A DNA stretch of 63,534 nt, counting the filler. It is 6 parts of 6 records of this genome, joined end to end, with 100 filler letters (N's around TTAATTAATTAA, not from the genome) between each part and the next. Parts side by side here need not be neighbours in the genome. Positions count along the whole stretch, not along the records: positions 12,130 to 29,620 come from SRR2962707_484; 5 more parts are not named here. One strand, 5' to 3'. Position numbers and translations under genes: made by a program. A model generated the notes under the pieces. The model was not told the DNA's origin and ran no database searches. It worked only from the letters and a program-made list of their open reading frames with translations. Shown here piece after piece: positions 12,806-22,565 of the stretch (positions are counted from its first letter, which is position 1; each line of letters opens with the position of its first letter).

Positions 12806-13713
12806 TGTTGCAAGGTAATAAACTTCCAATCATTGGCGTCATCGTTATCGCCATATTGCTAACAATCTATGCGTCCGTTTTCGTGGTCAATGCACGTCAA
12901 CAGGCGATCGTATTGCGCTTTGGTGAAATCCAGAGTGTGCACACAGAGCCAGGTCTTTACTTCAAAGCTCCTTTTGCTTTTGCAGGATTTGACGAAGTTC
13001 AATTGATCGACAACCGCGTTCTGCGTCTTGATTTGATGGACACACCGCCGGTTCAGGTTTCGGGTGGTCGCTTTTATGAAGTTGACGCGTTCCTGACTTT
13101 CAAAATTACGGATGCGCGTCGTTTCCGTGAGGTGGTTTCAGGTGATCTCAACTCAGCAGCATCTCGTCTGCGCACACGTTTTGACGCGGCATTGCGCCGT
13201 GTTTATGGTTTGCGTGGCTTTGAAGCAGCGCTGTCAGCTGAACGTACAGAAATGATGCGCGAAGTGCGTGATCAGCTACGTCCGGATGCGACGTCACTCG
13301 GCCTAACGGTTGAAGATGTGCGTATCGTGCGCACCGATTTGACTGCCGAGGTTTCTCAGCAGACTTATGATCGTATGAAAGCGGAACGCTTGGCGGAAGC
13401 TGAACGTCTTCGTGCACGTGGTCGTGAGAACGCCCAGCGTATTCGTGCGATTGCAGATCGTCAGGTTGTTGAAACTGTTTCAACAGCCAAACGTGAATCA
13501 GAGATCATTCGTGGTAAGGGCGATGCAGAGCGTAACCGCGTGTTTGCCGATGCGTTTAACCGTGACCCTGAATTCTTTGAGTTCTATCGTTCAATGGCTG
13601 CTTATACAGCTGCCTTGACGAAATCAGGCACAACGCTTGTGCTCTCTCCGAACTCTGAATTCTTCAAGTTCTTTGAGAATGCATCTGGTGAAGAACCTGT
13701 ATCAGGAAACTAA
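12805..13713 (+). CDS. hflC: FtsH protease modulator HflC
   Basis: N-terminal TM, QAIVLRFG..PGLYFK, RMKAER, DPEFFEFYRSM; TAATG overlap with hflK. Confidence 0.95.
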   Translation: MLQGNKLPIIGVIVIAILLTIYASVFVVNARQQAIVLRFGEIQSVHTEPGLYFKAPFAFAGFDEVQLIDNRVLRLDLMDTPPVQVSGGRFYEVDAFLTFKITDARRFREVVSGDLNSAASRLRTRFDAALRRVYGLRGFEAALSAERTEMMREVRDQLRPDATSLGLTVEDVRIVRTDLTAEVSQQTYDRMKAERLAEAERLRARGRENAQRIRAIADRQVVETVSTAKRESEIIRGKGDAERNRVFADAFNRDPEFFEFYRSMAAYTAALTKSGTTLVLSPNSEFFKFFENASGEEPVSGN

Positions 13714-13728
13714 ACCGGTGATTTCGTA

Positions 13729-13914
13729 ATGAACGCCTTCATAACCGCCGTAGGTCTTGTCCTCATTATTGAGGGCTTGCTCTACGGCGTTTTTCCATCT
13801 GCGGCAAAAGGCATGGCCAAAGTGCTGGAAGAAACGCCGCCTAATGTCATACAAGCCATAGGCGTAGGCGTTGCACTGGTGGGTTTGTTTGTCGTTTGGT
13901 TGTCGCACGGATAG
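13729..13914 (+). CDS. DUF2065 (YjeT-like) small membrane protein
   Basis: AVGLVLIIEGLLY..FP motif, 61 aa, usual position after hflC. Confidence 0.88.
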   Translation: MNAFITAVGLVLIIEGLLYGVFPSAAKGMAKVLEETPPNVIQAIGVGVALVGLFVVWLSHG

Positions 13915-14063
13915 TTTTCAGTTGCGTTTATGCTGACGACCAATGACTGTTCTAAATATAACTTTAGCGTGATCAGGGCTTGCATGATCCAAGTTCAGCC
14001 TTATTCATTTTTTACAGATCAAATCTATTACGCGCGATCCCCATGCGCCCTACGGAGGAAACA

Positions 14064-15599
14064 ATGAATATCTCTCAACTGCGCAAAAAATCGCAAAAAA
14101 TTGGCCGCAATTGCCTGATTGGCGCTCTTTCTATGGTTGTTGTTGGTGCTTCATTGCCAGCAATCGCGCCGCACGCTTCGTTTGTCGGTGCTGCGCAGGC
14201 GCAAAATGGCCCTGTTTCATTGGCGGACCTATCCGAAAAACTGATTAATTCAGTCGTGAACATCTCGACGTCACAAACTGTTGCCGGCGATGAAGGCGAC
14301 AAAAATGTGCCGCGTCCAAAATTGCCTGAAGGTTCGCCTTTCCAAGAATTTTTTGATGAGTTTTTTGAAAATCAACCGGGCCGTGGCAGAGCAGGTCCGC
14401 GCCAAGTGCAGTCATTGGGTTCTGGATTTGTGATCGATGCCGAAGAAGGCATAATCATCACCAATAACCATGTGATTGAAGATGCAGACGAAGTGGTCGT
14501 AAACTTCCATGATGGTTCAAAACTTGATGCAGAAATCATTGGCCGCGATGTGAAAACAGACCTTGCTGTTTTGAAAGTGGACCCGACAAAAGAAAAGCTG
14601 AAAGCTGTTCCGTTCGGTTCATCTGAAAAAATGCGCGTTGGTGACTGGGTGCTGGCAATCGGCAACCCATTTGGTCTTGGTGGCACAGTGACAGCTGGCA
14701 TCGTTTCGGCGATTGGCCGCGATATTCAATCTGGCCCTTATGACAACTTCATCCAGACGGATGCGGCGATCAACCGTGGTAACTCTGGCGGTCCTTTGTT
14801 TAACATGGACGGCGAAGTGATCGGCATTAACTCAGCGATTATTTCACCATCAGGTGGTTCAATCGGAATCGGTTTTTCAATCCCATCCGATTTGGCAGAA
14901 AAAGTAATTGCGCAACTGCGTGAATTTGGCGAAACGCGCCGTGGTTGGCTTGGTGTACGCATCCAACCCGTTACCGACGATATTGCCGAGAGCCTTGGCA
15001 TGAGCGAGAGCAAAGGCGCGCTGATTGCGGGTGTTATCGATGGCGGCCCTGTTGATGACGGTTCACTTCAGCTTGGCGATGTGATCACCAATTTTGATGG
15101 TAAGGCTATCAATGAAATGCGCGATCTTCCGCGTATTGTGGCTGAAACAGCCGTTGGCAAAGCCGTTGATGTGGAGCTTATCCGCAAAGGTGAAAAGCAG
15201 ACCGTTAAAGTGACGCTTGGCCGCCTTGAAGATGGCGAAAAGCAAATGGCCGCCGATGACGAACAAACGCAAGACAATCCAGCCGATCAGGTAAAAGATG
15301 TTGAGTTGCTCGGCATGGCGCTTCGGCCTTTGGATGATGCGTCACGCGCTGAATTTGAGCTATCAGAAAATATCGATAGCGGCGTTGTGATTGCCTCTGT
15401 TGAGGCTGGCTCAGCGGCGGCAGAAAAAGGCATTGTTGCCGGTCAGGTGATTGTTGAGATTGCCCAAGAAGCCGTGATGACGCCCGAAGATGTTGTTGCA
15501 GCCATCGAAACTCAAAAAGAAGATGGTCGCCGCAATGCGTTTTTGATGATTGCCGATAAAGCCGGTGATCTGCGCTTTGTGACTGTTCGGATCGATTGA
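14064..15599 (+). CDS. degP: DegP/DegQ (HtrA) periplasmic serine protease with two PDZ domains
   Basis: TNNHV, DLAVLK, IQTDAAINRGNSGGPL catalytic motifs; GGAGG RBS before ATG 14064; signal peptide. Confidence 0.92.
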   Translation: MNISQLRKKSQKIGRNCLIGALSMVVVGASLPAIAPHASFVGAAQAQNGPVSLADLSEKLINSVVNISTSQTVAGDEGDKNVPRPKLPEGSPFQEFFDEFFENQPGRGRAGPRQVQSLGSGFVIDAEEGIIITNNHVIEDADEVVVNFHDGSKLDAEIIGRDVKTDLAVLKVDPTKEKLKAVPFGSSEKMRVGDWVLAIGNPFGLGGTVTAGIVSAIGRDIQSGPYDNFIQTDAAINRGNSGGPLFNMDGEVIGINSAIISPSGGSIGIGFSIPSDLAEKVIAQLREFGETRRGWLGVRIQPVTDDIAESLGMSESKGALIAGVIDGGPVDDGSLQLGDVITNFDGKAINEMRDLPRIVAETAVGKAVDVELIRKGEKQTVKVTLGRLEDGEKQMAADDEQTQDNPADQVKDVELLGMALRPLDDASRAEFELSENIDSGVVIASVEAGSAAAEKGIVAGQVIVEIAQEAVMTPEDVVAAIETQKEDGRRNAFLMIADKAGDLRFVTVRID

Positions 15600-15622
15600 T
15601 CAACAGGTCTTATTGAAGAATT

Positions 15623-15651
15623 AAAAAACCGGGCAGTGATGTCCGGTTTTT
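15623..15651. terminator. Bidirectional intrinsic terminator between degP and serB
   Basis: AAAAAA-CCGGGCA-gtga-TGTCCGG-TTTTT between convergent genes. Confidence 0.85.
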
Positions 15652-15662
15652 ATTTGTCTACA

Positions 15663-16550
15663 TTATTTTTCAATGTCGGCGGCGTGATAACCTTGGATGT
15701 AGAGCAGGGCGCGCAAATCGCCATGGTCAATGCGGATATCGGCTTGCGCCGCCACAGAGGGTTTTGCATGAAGCGCAACGCCAATGCCAGCAACGCCTAG
15801 CATACCCAGATCGTTTGCGCCGTCGCCAACTGCGATGGCGTCATCGACGGAAAGACCAAGTTTAGCGGCAATTTCGTTAAGCGCATCGACTTTGGCTTGC
15901 TTGCCTAAAATAGGTATGCCGACTTCGCCGATCAGTTTGCCATCAGCGTGAAGCAGCGTATTGGCGCGGTTTTCTTGGAAACCGATGATTTGCGCAATGC
16001 GGCTCGTAAAATCAGTAAAACCGCCTGACACCAAAGCGCAGTAGCCGCCATTTTTGCGCATTGTGCGCACAAGTTCCGGGCCGCCTTGCATCAGCTCAAT
16101 ACGGGTTGCAATCACTTGATCGATAACGGAAGTCGGCAAATCTTTGAGCAGGGCCACGCGTTCTTTTAACGCTGCATCAAATTCGATTTCGCCGTTCATC
16201 GCGCGCGCGGTTATGCCCGCAACATATTCGCCAATGCCTGCCTCGTCTGCGAGCTCGTCAATACATTCCTGCCTGATCATGGTTGAATCCATGTCGGCGA
16301 TTAGGATCTTTTTGCGGCGGTCAGCGGTAGCCTTTTGAATGACAATATCGACTGGCGCATCGGCGATAATTTCAGAAATCTGCGCGTGAACATTGTCCGT
16401 ATCATTGGCCTCAATGAATAGATCCAGCGCTTCGCCCTCCGCCAGCCAGTCGATTTTTGAGGCGCTAATGGCTTTTTGAGTGCGCTCGGCAATATCGTGC
16501 GAAATGGCATTGCTGTTTGAGGCGGCGATCAATGTAACAATAAAATTCAT
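15663..16550 (-). CDS. serB: Phosphoserine phosphatase
   Basis: HAD motifs ADMDSTMI..ECIDELA, LVSGGF, AVGDGANDL. Confidence 0.95.
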   Translation of the reverse strand: MNFIVTLIAASNSNAISHDIAERTQKAISASKIDWLAEGEALDLFIEANDTDNVHAQISEIIADAPVDIVIQKATADRRKKILIADMDSTMIRQECIDELADEAGIGEYVAGITARAMNGEIEFDAALKERVALLKDLPTSVIDQVIATRIELMQGGPELVRTMRKNGGYCALVSGGFTDFTSRIAQIIGFQENRANTLLHADGKLIGEVGIPILGKQAKVDALNEIAAKLGLSVDDAIAVGDGANDLGMLGVAGIGVALHAKPSVAAQADIRIDHGDLRALLYIQGYHAADIEK

Positions 16551-16588
16551 AGGCTTATGACCAAAATACTTGCGGGTAAGCCGGTCCT

Positions 16589-17551
16589 ATGCGAACTCAA
16601 AAGCCATCGCAACTGCTATCGAGGAACTGGGGCGTATTATTGGGCACAATTGACACAAAAACAGCGAATCCACGCGGAAATGCGACACTTATCGCAGGGC
16701 CAACCGCGAGTGGTAAGTCTGCTTTGGCGCTTAAAATAGCTGCCGAGAAAGATGCAGTCATTATTAATGCAGATTCCATGCAAGTTTATGGTGTGTTAAA
16801 AGTGCTCACAGCACGCCCAAGTGACGCAGAGGAAAGTCAAGCGCCTCATTTCCTCTACGGTCACCGTGATCCAGCCGAAGAATATTCCACGGGACATTGG
16901 TTAAAAGACGTCTCTGCATGTTTGGACGGAATCGATCCAGCGCGTCATGCGGTTTTTGTCGGTGGAACGGGTCTTTATTTCCGTGCACTTCTTGGTGGGC
17001 TTTCCCCAATGCCGGAGATTGATGAGGCGGTGCGTGAGCAATGGCGTTCGCGTCTTATTCAAGAAGGTGCGCCAAGCCTGCACAAAATCTTGCAGGATAA
17101 GGATCCGGAAACAGCACAGCTCCTCAATGCCAGCGATGGTCAACGTATAGCGCGCGCGCTGGAGATATTTGAAGTTTCAGGAAAATCAATAAGTTGGTGG
17201 CAAAATCAGGCTGGAATTTCCTTGCTTGATGTGAATAATACGGACCGTTTCGTAATTGAACCAGACCGTGAGTTACTTAAAAATCGCATCCATGCGCGGT
17301 TTGATCAGATGATGGATTTAGGCGCAATCGAAGAGGTGAAAGCTTTGTTGGCACGGAATATCGATCCGTCAATGCCCGCGATGAAGGCAATTGGCGTCAA
17401 CCAACTGGCTGATTATCTGGCCGGAAAATTAGAATATTCTGAAGCGATTGAGCTTTCTAAAACTGCAACGCGGCAATATGCCAAGCGGCAAATGACGTGG
17501 TTTAGAAACCAGCTGTCGGCAGAGTGGCAGAGGGTAAAAATTGCTAATTGA
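16589..17551 (+). CDS. miaA: tRNA dimethylallyltransferase (true start probably a few codons downstream)
   Basis: IAGPTASGKS, INADSMQVY, VGGTGLY, TRQYAKRQMTWFR. Confidence 0.95.
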   Translation: MRTQKPSQLLSRNWGVLLGTIDTKTANPRGNATLIAGPTASGKSALALKIAAEKDAVIINADSMQVYGVLKVLTARPSDAEESQAPHFLYGHRDPAEEYSTGHWLKDVSACLDGIDPARHAVFVGGTGLYFRALLGGLSPMPEIDEAVREQWRSRLIQEGAPSLHKILQDKDPETAQLLNASDGQRIARALEIFEVSGKSISWWQNQAGISLLDVNNTDRFVIEPDRELLKNRIHARFDQMMDLGAIEEVKALLARNIDPSMPAMKAIGVNQLADYLAGKLEYSEAIELSKTATRQYAKRQMTWFRNQLSAEWQRVKIAN

Positions 17552-17635
17552 TAGGAAATTACGTTTTTCGTTTTATCAACTTAACTCTACGGCAATTTTT
17601 TTGGCGTATTCATCTGTAAGTTGAAAGTGAGAAAA

Positions 17636-18427
17636 ATGAAGCTGCATCGCTCAGAAATAGTGTTTATTGGCTACCTCACGATGTTGGTTGTAGCGAGTGT
17701 TCTGGCGTTTGTTTCGGCCGGTAAATGGGCCACTATTGCAGGTTTGGTAGACAATGACGCTTTAGCCAACGAAATTCAAATCGCTTTGGTGTTTGAAAAT
17801 GCGGTCTGGATGGTGCTTGTGGTAGCGCTGGTTTTTGGCGTTGTTGGCCTTTATCCTGTTATCCGCGAAAGTGCGCGTGAACATGGGCGGCTTTCAGAAG
17901 TCACACAACATTTGACTAAAAAGACCGAAACTTTCCAACAAGCGGCTTTAACGGACGCTTTGACTGGTTTGCAAAATCGGCGATATTTTGACGATGCTCT
18001 TATCCAATATCTTGAACAGTTTTCGACCATTGGCTTGCCTGTCGGGCTAATTGCAATGGATTTGGACCACTTTAAGAAGGTCAATGACACCTATGGCCAC
18101 GATGTTGGTGATACGGTTTTGCGCGGTGTCACAAAATGCCTGCTCGATTACACCCGCTTTCACGATGTTGTGGCGCGTATCGGCGGTGAAGAATTTTCGA
18201 TCCTTGCGCCCAATCTGGACAAAGTTGCCCTGCAGCGCTTAGCTGACCGTATTCGCGTGGCGATTTCCGAAATCACTTTTGAATCGGACAATGTGCGATT
18301 TCGTGTGACGGCAAGTATGGGTGTTACATTATGGGATGGCACTGAAAGCGCCGCTGCGTTCTTGAAACGCGCAGACAAAAATCTTTACCGCGCAAAATCG
18401 ACAGGCCGCAACCGCGCGGTTGCCTAA
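17636..18427 (+). CDS. Membrane-anchored diguanylate cyclase (2 TM + GGDEF)
   Basis: TDALTGLQNRR, DLDHFKKVNDTYGHDVGD, RIGGEEF active site with RFHD (RxxD) I-site. Confidence 0.92.
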   Translation: MKLHRSEIVFIGYLTMLVVASVLAFVSAGKWATIAGLVDNDALANEIQIALVFENAVWMVLVVALVFGVVGLYPVIRESAREHGRLSEVTQHLTKKTETFQQAALTDALTGLQNRRYFDDALIQYLEQFSTIGLPVGLIAMDLDHFKKVNDTYGHDVGDTVLRGVTKCLLDYTRFHDVVARIGGEEFSILAPNLDKVALQRLADRIRVAISEITFESDNVRFRVTASMGVTLWDGTESAAAFLKRADKNLYRAKSTGRNRAVA

Positions 18428-18469
18428 TAAGGCGCAGTCTTCTTCCTTTGAAATTTAAGTCTTGTGAGG

Positions 18470-20407
18470 TCAGGTTTTTCGAAACTTGTCGATCAAGCTC
18501 TGCGTTGATCTTGGCGGTGCTGGCCGCTCAATTGGTACAATCGGATCAGTATTTCTGCGACCAGCCCGAATGCCTGTTTGGCCAAGTTCGTGGGCCGCCT
18601 GTCTAATCGGGGAGCTTTGCGCAAAAAGATCAGATCGCGGTGGCGGCGCAATCGTTTCTCTCTGCTGTTCAACGCGCTCGCCTGCTAGATTTTGATCGAG
18701 GGGCATTTCGTGTTCTTCAGCGACCACAGGATTTCGGATCGCATGCAAAATCGCGTTCAAATCAACCGAATTGTCGGCGTGATCATCTTTGCTGCCGATT
18801 GTCTCAATCAGATGGTTGGCAGGCAGCTGATGCTGCGGAATTGTCGCAAAGCGCATACGCATAGGCGTTGTAACCGCTTGGCCAAATAGGATTGCTTCGC
18901 GGTTAGCCAGTGACGGCAGGAAGTTGATGAATGAGCGCGAAGCGCCAGCAATGGCTTTGCGCATGATTTCTTGGTCAAGTTCATTGCCTAGGCGCATGGC
19001 GACAAAGGTGTTGCACTGAGACAAAATTGTTTCATCAAGTTCGCCTGGGCGCTGCGTAACAATGGCTAAGCTGACGCCATATTTGCGGCCTTCTTTAGCA
19101 ATGCGCGCAATCGCTTGGCGTGTCGGTCCGAAACCATCGTCCTTGTCGGCAGGAATATAACGGTGCGCTTCTTCACACACGACAAGGGTTTTGATCTTAG
19201 AATCGCTCCATACGGCCAAATCAAAAGCTAAGCGACACAGCACAGACACCACCGCATTGACGACTTCTGACGGTATTCCGCTCAACTGAAATGCTGTGAT
19301 TGGTCGCCCATTGGCTGGCACGCGGAAAATCGCGGCCAAAACAGAGCCCAAATTATCGATGATCGCTGTTTGAGCGAACATAAATCGGAAATTGGGGTCG
19401 TTGGTTACCGCATTAATGCGGGCAATCAATGATTTTAGGAATGGGCGCTGATCAGTGGTGCCGAGCCTTCCCATTTGGTCTTCCAAAAGCTTTAGTAGGT
19501 CAGAAATCTTATAAGGAATTGGCGTGTCGATATTATTCGCAAATTGATCACCGCTGGAACGGCGCAGGGTTGTCGCGCGATCATGTCCGCTGAATAGCGC
19601 TTTCGCGCGCGGAATGGCTTCCCGTAATAGGTCGATCTCTTCTGGAATGTGTTTCCTGCCGCGAAACAGCACTTCTGCAAATTCTTCCAACTTAAAAGCC
19701 CAGAAAGGCAGTTCCAAATTTTTATCGTCAATCACAAACGCCTTGTCGGGGAAGGCTGATTTGAATTCATTATGCGGATCAAGGATCAAGATGCGTACAT
19801 CAGAGCGCTGCTCGATGACTTTGCGCAAAAGCATTGTGACGGATGATGATTTACCAACGCCTGTGGTGCCGACGACTGCGAAGTGGCGCGAAATCATTGT
19901 GTCGATAGCAATTGTTGCGGGCACGGCGGCATTTTGAGAAAGCGAACCAATAGTGGCTGCAGAGCGATCTCGGTTTTCAAAAACTGCGGCCAAATCACCA
20001 TGGCGGATGCGGTGCGCGATCGCGCCAAGGTACGGATAGGAAGAGATCCCGCCGTTAAATTTAGGCGTGCCGTCTTCGACCACTTTAATTTCGCCAACCA
20101 GTTCAATATGGATTTTGACGCGGTTTTCACCCGTCACGTTCCAAGTATCTTCGTCGGATTCAACTTTGTGTAGCATGCCAACGGTGCGGGTTTTGTCGTC
20201 TACGACAACGGTGATCAACATGCCAACGGACCAATAGTCTTCGCTATATTCGCCCTCTTTTGACATGGTGGAAGAAATAATCGCATTCATGCCGTCGCAT
20301 TCGATGACATGTCCTTCTGTGCGATTGCGTATGCGGGGCGCTGCCGGATCAGGTAGATCTACCTTGCCGGTTTTGTCCATTTGGTTGAGATTTTTTTCCG
20401 TATACAT
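18470..20407 (-). CDS. HerA/DUF87-family P-loop ATPase with N-terminal HAS-barrel-like region
   Basis: RHFAVVGTTGVGKS (Walker A), ILDPHNEF, LVVCEEAHRY (Walker B), IAKEGRKYGVSL..TQRP. Confidence 0.88.
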   Translation of the reverse strand: MYTEKNLNQMDKTGKVDLPDPAAPRIRNRTEGHVIECDGMNAIISSTMSKEGEYSEDYWSVGMLITVVVDDKTRTVGMLHKVESDEDTWNVTGENRVKIHIELVGEIKVVEDGTPKFNGGISSYPYLGAIAHRIRHGDLAAVFENRDRSAATIGSLSQNAAVPATIAIDTMISRHFAVVGTTGVGKSSSVTMLLRKVIEQRSDVRILILDPHNEFKSAFPDKAFVIDDKNLELPFWAFKLEEFAEVLFRGRKHIPEEIDLLREAIPRAKALFSGHDRATTLRRSSGDQFANNIDTPIPYKISDLLKLLEDQMGRLGTTDQRPFLKSLIARINAVTNDPNFRFMFAQTAIIDNLGSVLAAIFRVPANGRPITAFQLSGIPSEVVNAVVSVLCRLAFDLAVWSDSKIKTLVVCEEAHRYIPADKDDGFGPTRQAIARIAKEGRKYGVSLAIVTQRPGELDETILSQCNTFVAMRLGNELDQEIMRKAIAGASRSFINFLPSLANREAILFGQAVTTPMRMRFATIPQHQLPANHLIETIGSKDDHADNSVDLNAILHAIRNPVVAEEHEMPLDQNLAGERVEQQRETIAPPPRSDLFAQSSPIRQAAHELGQTGIRAGRRNTDPIVPIERPAPPRSTQSLIDKFRKT

Positions 20408-20506
20408 GGCCGTCCACCCTAAACGTTTGCGGTATTTTAGCCGCTATATGGTTAACGATCAGCTATCGACCTATTTAGGCGTTATTAAAAAGCGTAAATT
20501 CACGGC

Positions 20507-20534
20507 TTGACTGCTTTTTTGGGCGTGCTACTGT
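20507..20534 (+). promoter_or_regulatory. Putative sigma70 promoter of the ilv leader
   Basis: TTGACT-N16-TACTGT with TG extension, ~6 nt upstream of the leader ATG. Confidence 0.55.
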
Positions 20535-20540
20535 TTTATT

Positions 20541-20594
20541 ATGTTGATGAAAATTATTCTAGTGGTGGGACGGCGCATGGGCAAGATGGTGTAA
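20541..20594 (+). CDS. ilvIH attenuator leader peptide MLMKIILVVGRRMGKMV
   Basis: 17-codon ORF with an Ile-Ile-Leu-Val-Val run, directly upstream of a terminator and acetolactate synthase. Confidence 0.85.
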   Translation: MLMKIILVVGRRMGKMV

Positions 20595-20629
20595 CCATCT
20601 GGCATTAGCACCCATGCGCGGTAAACAAT

Positions 20630-20652
20630 AGGCTCCTAACGGGGCCTTTTTT
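20630..20652 (+). terminator. Attenuator terminator of the ilvIH leader
   Basis: AGGCTCC-taac-GGGGCCT + TTTTT. Confidence 0.85.
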
Positions 20653-20720
20653 ATTGCCTTTAGTTTGTGAATGAGCAAAAGGCTCACTGTTAAGAGCCCT
20701 TAAAAGACGGAAATGACGGG

Positions 20721-22520
20721 ATGACTTCGAAGACAAAAGATTTTGACGGCGCGCAAATGACTGGTGCGGGCATGGTGTTGCAAGCGATGCGCGAGAATGG
20801 CGTTGAGCATATTTTTGGATATCCAGGCGGCGCGGTTCTGCCGATCTATGACGAAATTTTCCAGCAGGACGACATTGAGCATATTCTCGTGCGTCACGAG
20901 CAGGGCGCTGGCCACGCGGCCGAGGGCTATGCACGATCAACCGGTAAATGCGGCGTTGTGCTTGTGACTTCAGGACCGGGTGCAACCAATATGGTCACGG
21001 CCTTGCAAGATGCGCTTATGGATTCAATTCCGCTTGTGTGTATCACAGGGCAGGTTGCAACGACATTGATCGGCACAGACGCTTTTCAGGAAAGCGATAC
21101 GGTTGGTATCACGCGTCCTTGTACAAAATATAATTGGTTGGTGAAATCAATTGAAGACTTGCCGCGTATTTTGCACGAGGCGTTCCGTATTGCGACAACA
21201 GGCCGTCCGGGTCCTGTTGTTGTTGATATTCCAAAAGATATCCAGTTCCAGATGGGCACTTATCGGGCCATGAAAGTGACCGATCAGCGCGTTAGCTATC
21301 AGCCGAAAATCGATGGCAATCCTGAAGCCATCAAAACTGCGATTGAATTGATGTTGGGTGCTAAGAAGCCAATTATCTATTCAGGCGGCGGCGTTGTGAA
21401 CTCTGGGACTGAGGCAAGTCAATTGCTGCGCCAGTTGGTTGCCGAGACAGGCTTTCCGATCACATCAACGTTGATGGGGCTTGGTGCTTATCCAGCTTCT
21501 GGTGAGCGTTGGCTTGGTATGCTTGGCATGCACGGTACTTACGAAGCCAATATGGCGATGCATGACTGCGATGTCATGATCAATATTGGTGCGCGCTTCG
21601 ATGACCGCATAACGGGCCGTATTGATGGCTTTTCGCCAAATTCTAAGAAAATCCACATCGACATCGACCCGACTTCGATCAACAAAGTTGTTCAGGTTGA
21701 TGTGCCGGTTATTGGCGATGTTGGCCATGTGCTTGAGCAATTATTGGCTGGATGGCGGGCTGCCAAGAAACAAAACCAAGATAAAATCTTGGCGCCTTGG
21801 CGTGATCAGATCCAAAAATGGCAGGGCCGTAATTCGCTTGCCTATTTGAAATCAGATACCGTAATCATGCCGCAATTTGCGATTGAGCGGCTTTATGCGG
21901 CAACGCAGCGTTCGGGCAAAGAAACATTTATCACGACAGAAGTTGGTCAGCACCAAATGTGGGCCGCCCAGTATTTCGGCTTTGAAGAACCAAACCATTG
22001 GATGACTTCTGGCGGTCTTGGCACGATGGGCTACGGATTGCCGGCGGCAATGGGTGTTCAAGTTGCGCACCGCGATGCGTTGGTTGTTGATATTGCGGGC
22101 GATGCTTCCATTCAGATGATGACGCAGGAAATGTCGACAGCGGTTCAATATAATTTGCCGATGAAGATCTTTATCTTGAACAATCAATATATGGGCATGG
22201 TTCGCCAATGGCAGCAATTGCTTCATGGCAACCGCTTGTCAAACTCATACTCTGAGGCTTTGCCAGACTTCGTTAAATTGGCGGAAGCTTACGGCGGCGT
22301 CGGCATGTCTTGCGACAAGCCGGGTGATCTTGATGATGCGTTGGATGAGATGATCAATGTCAATGCGCCGGTTATTTTTGACTGCCGCGTTGCAAATCTT
22401 GCCAATTGTTTCCCGATGATCCCATCGGGCAAAGCGCATAATGAGATGCTTTTGCCGGATGAAGCCAGCGATGATGCGATTGCCAATGCGATTGATGAAG
22501 CAGGAAAACTGCTGGTTTAA
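20721..22520 (+). CDS. ilvI: Acetolactate synthase large subunit
   Basis: FGYPGGAVLPIYD, RHEQGAGHAAEGYAR, TSGPGATN, GDASIQM..NN TPP-binding motif. Confidence 0.96.
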   Translation: MTSKTKDFDGAQMTGAGMVLQAMRENGVEHIFGYPGGAVLPIYDEIFQQDDIEHILVRHEQGAGHAAEGYARSTGKCGVVLVTSGPGATNMVTALQDALMDSIPLVCITGQVATTLIGTDAFQESDTVGITRPCTKYNWLVKSIEDLPRILHEAFRIATTGRPGPVVVDIPKDIQFQMGTYRAMKVTDQRVSYQPKIDGNPEAIKTAIELMLGAKKPIIYSGGGVVNSGTEASQLLRQLVAETGFPITSTLMGLGAYPASGERWLGMLGMHGTYEANMAMHDCDVMINIGARFDDRITGRIDGFSPNSKKIHIDIDPTSINKVVQVDVPVIGDVGHVLEQLLAGWRAAKKQNQDKILAPWRDQIQKWQGRNSLAYLKSDTVIMPQFAIERLYAATQRSGKETFITTEVGQHQMWAAQYFGFEEPNHWMTSGGLGTMGYGLPAAMGVQVAHRDALVVDIAGDASIQMMTQEMSTAVQYNLPMKIFILNNQYMGMVRQWQQLLHGNRLSNSYSEALPDFVKLAEAYGGVGMSCDKPGDLDDALDEMINVNAPVIFDCRVANLANCFPMIPSGKAHNEMLLPDEASDDAIANAIDEAGKLLV

Positions 22521-22565
22521 TATTGAAACTTAGGCATTTTTGCCAAAGAATTAGGAGCTAATCCA

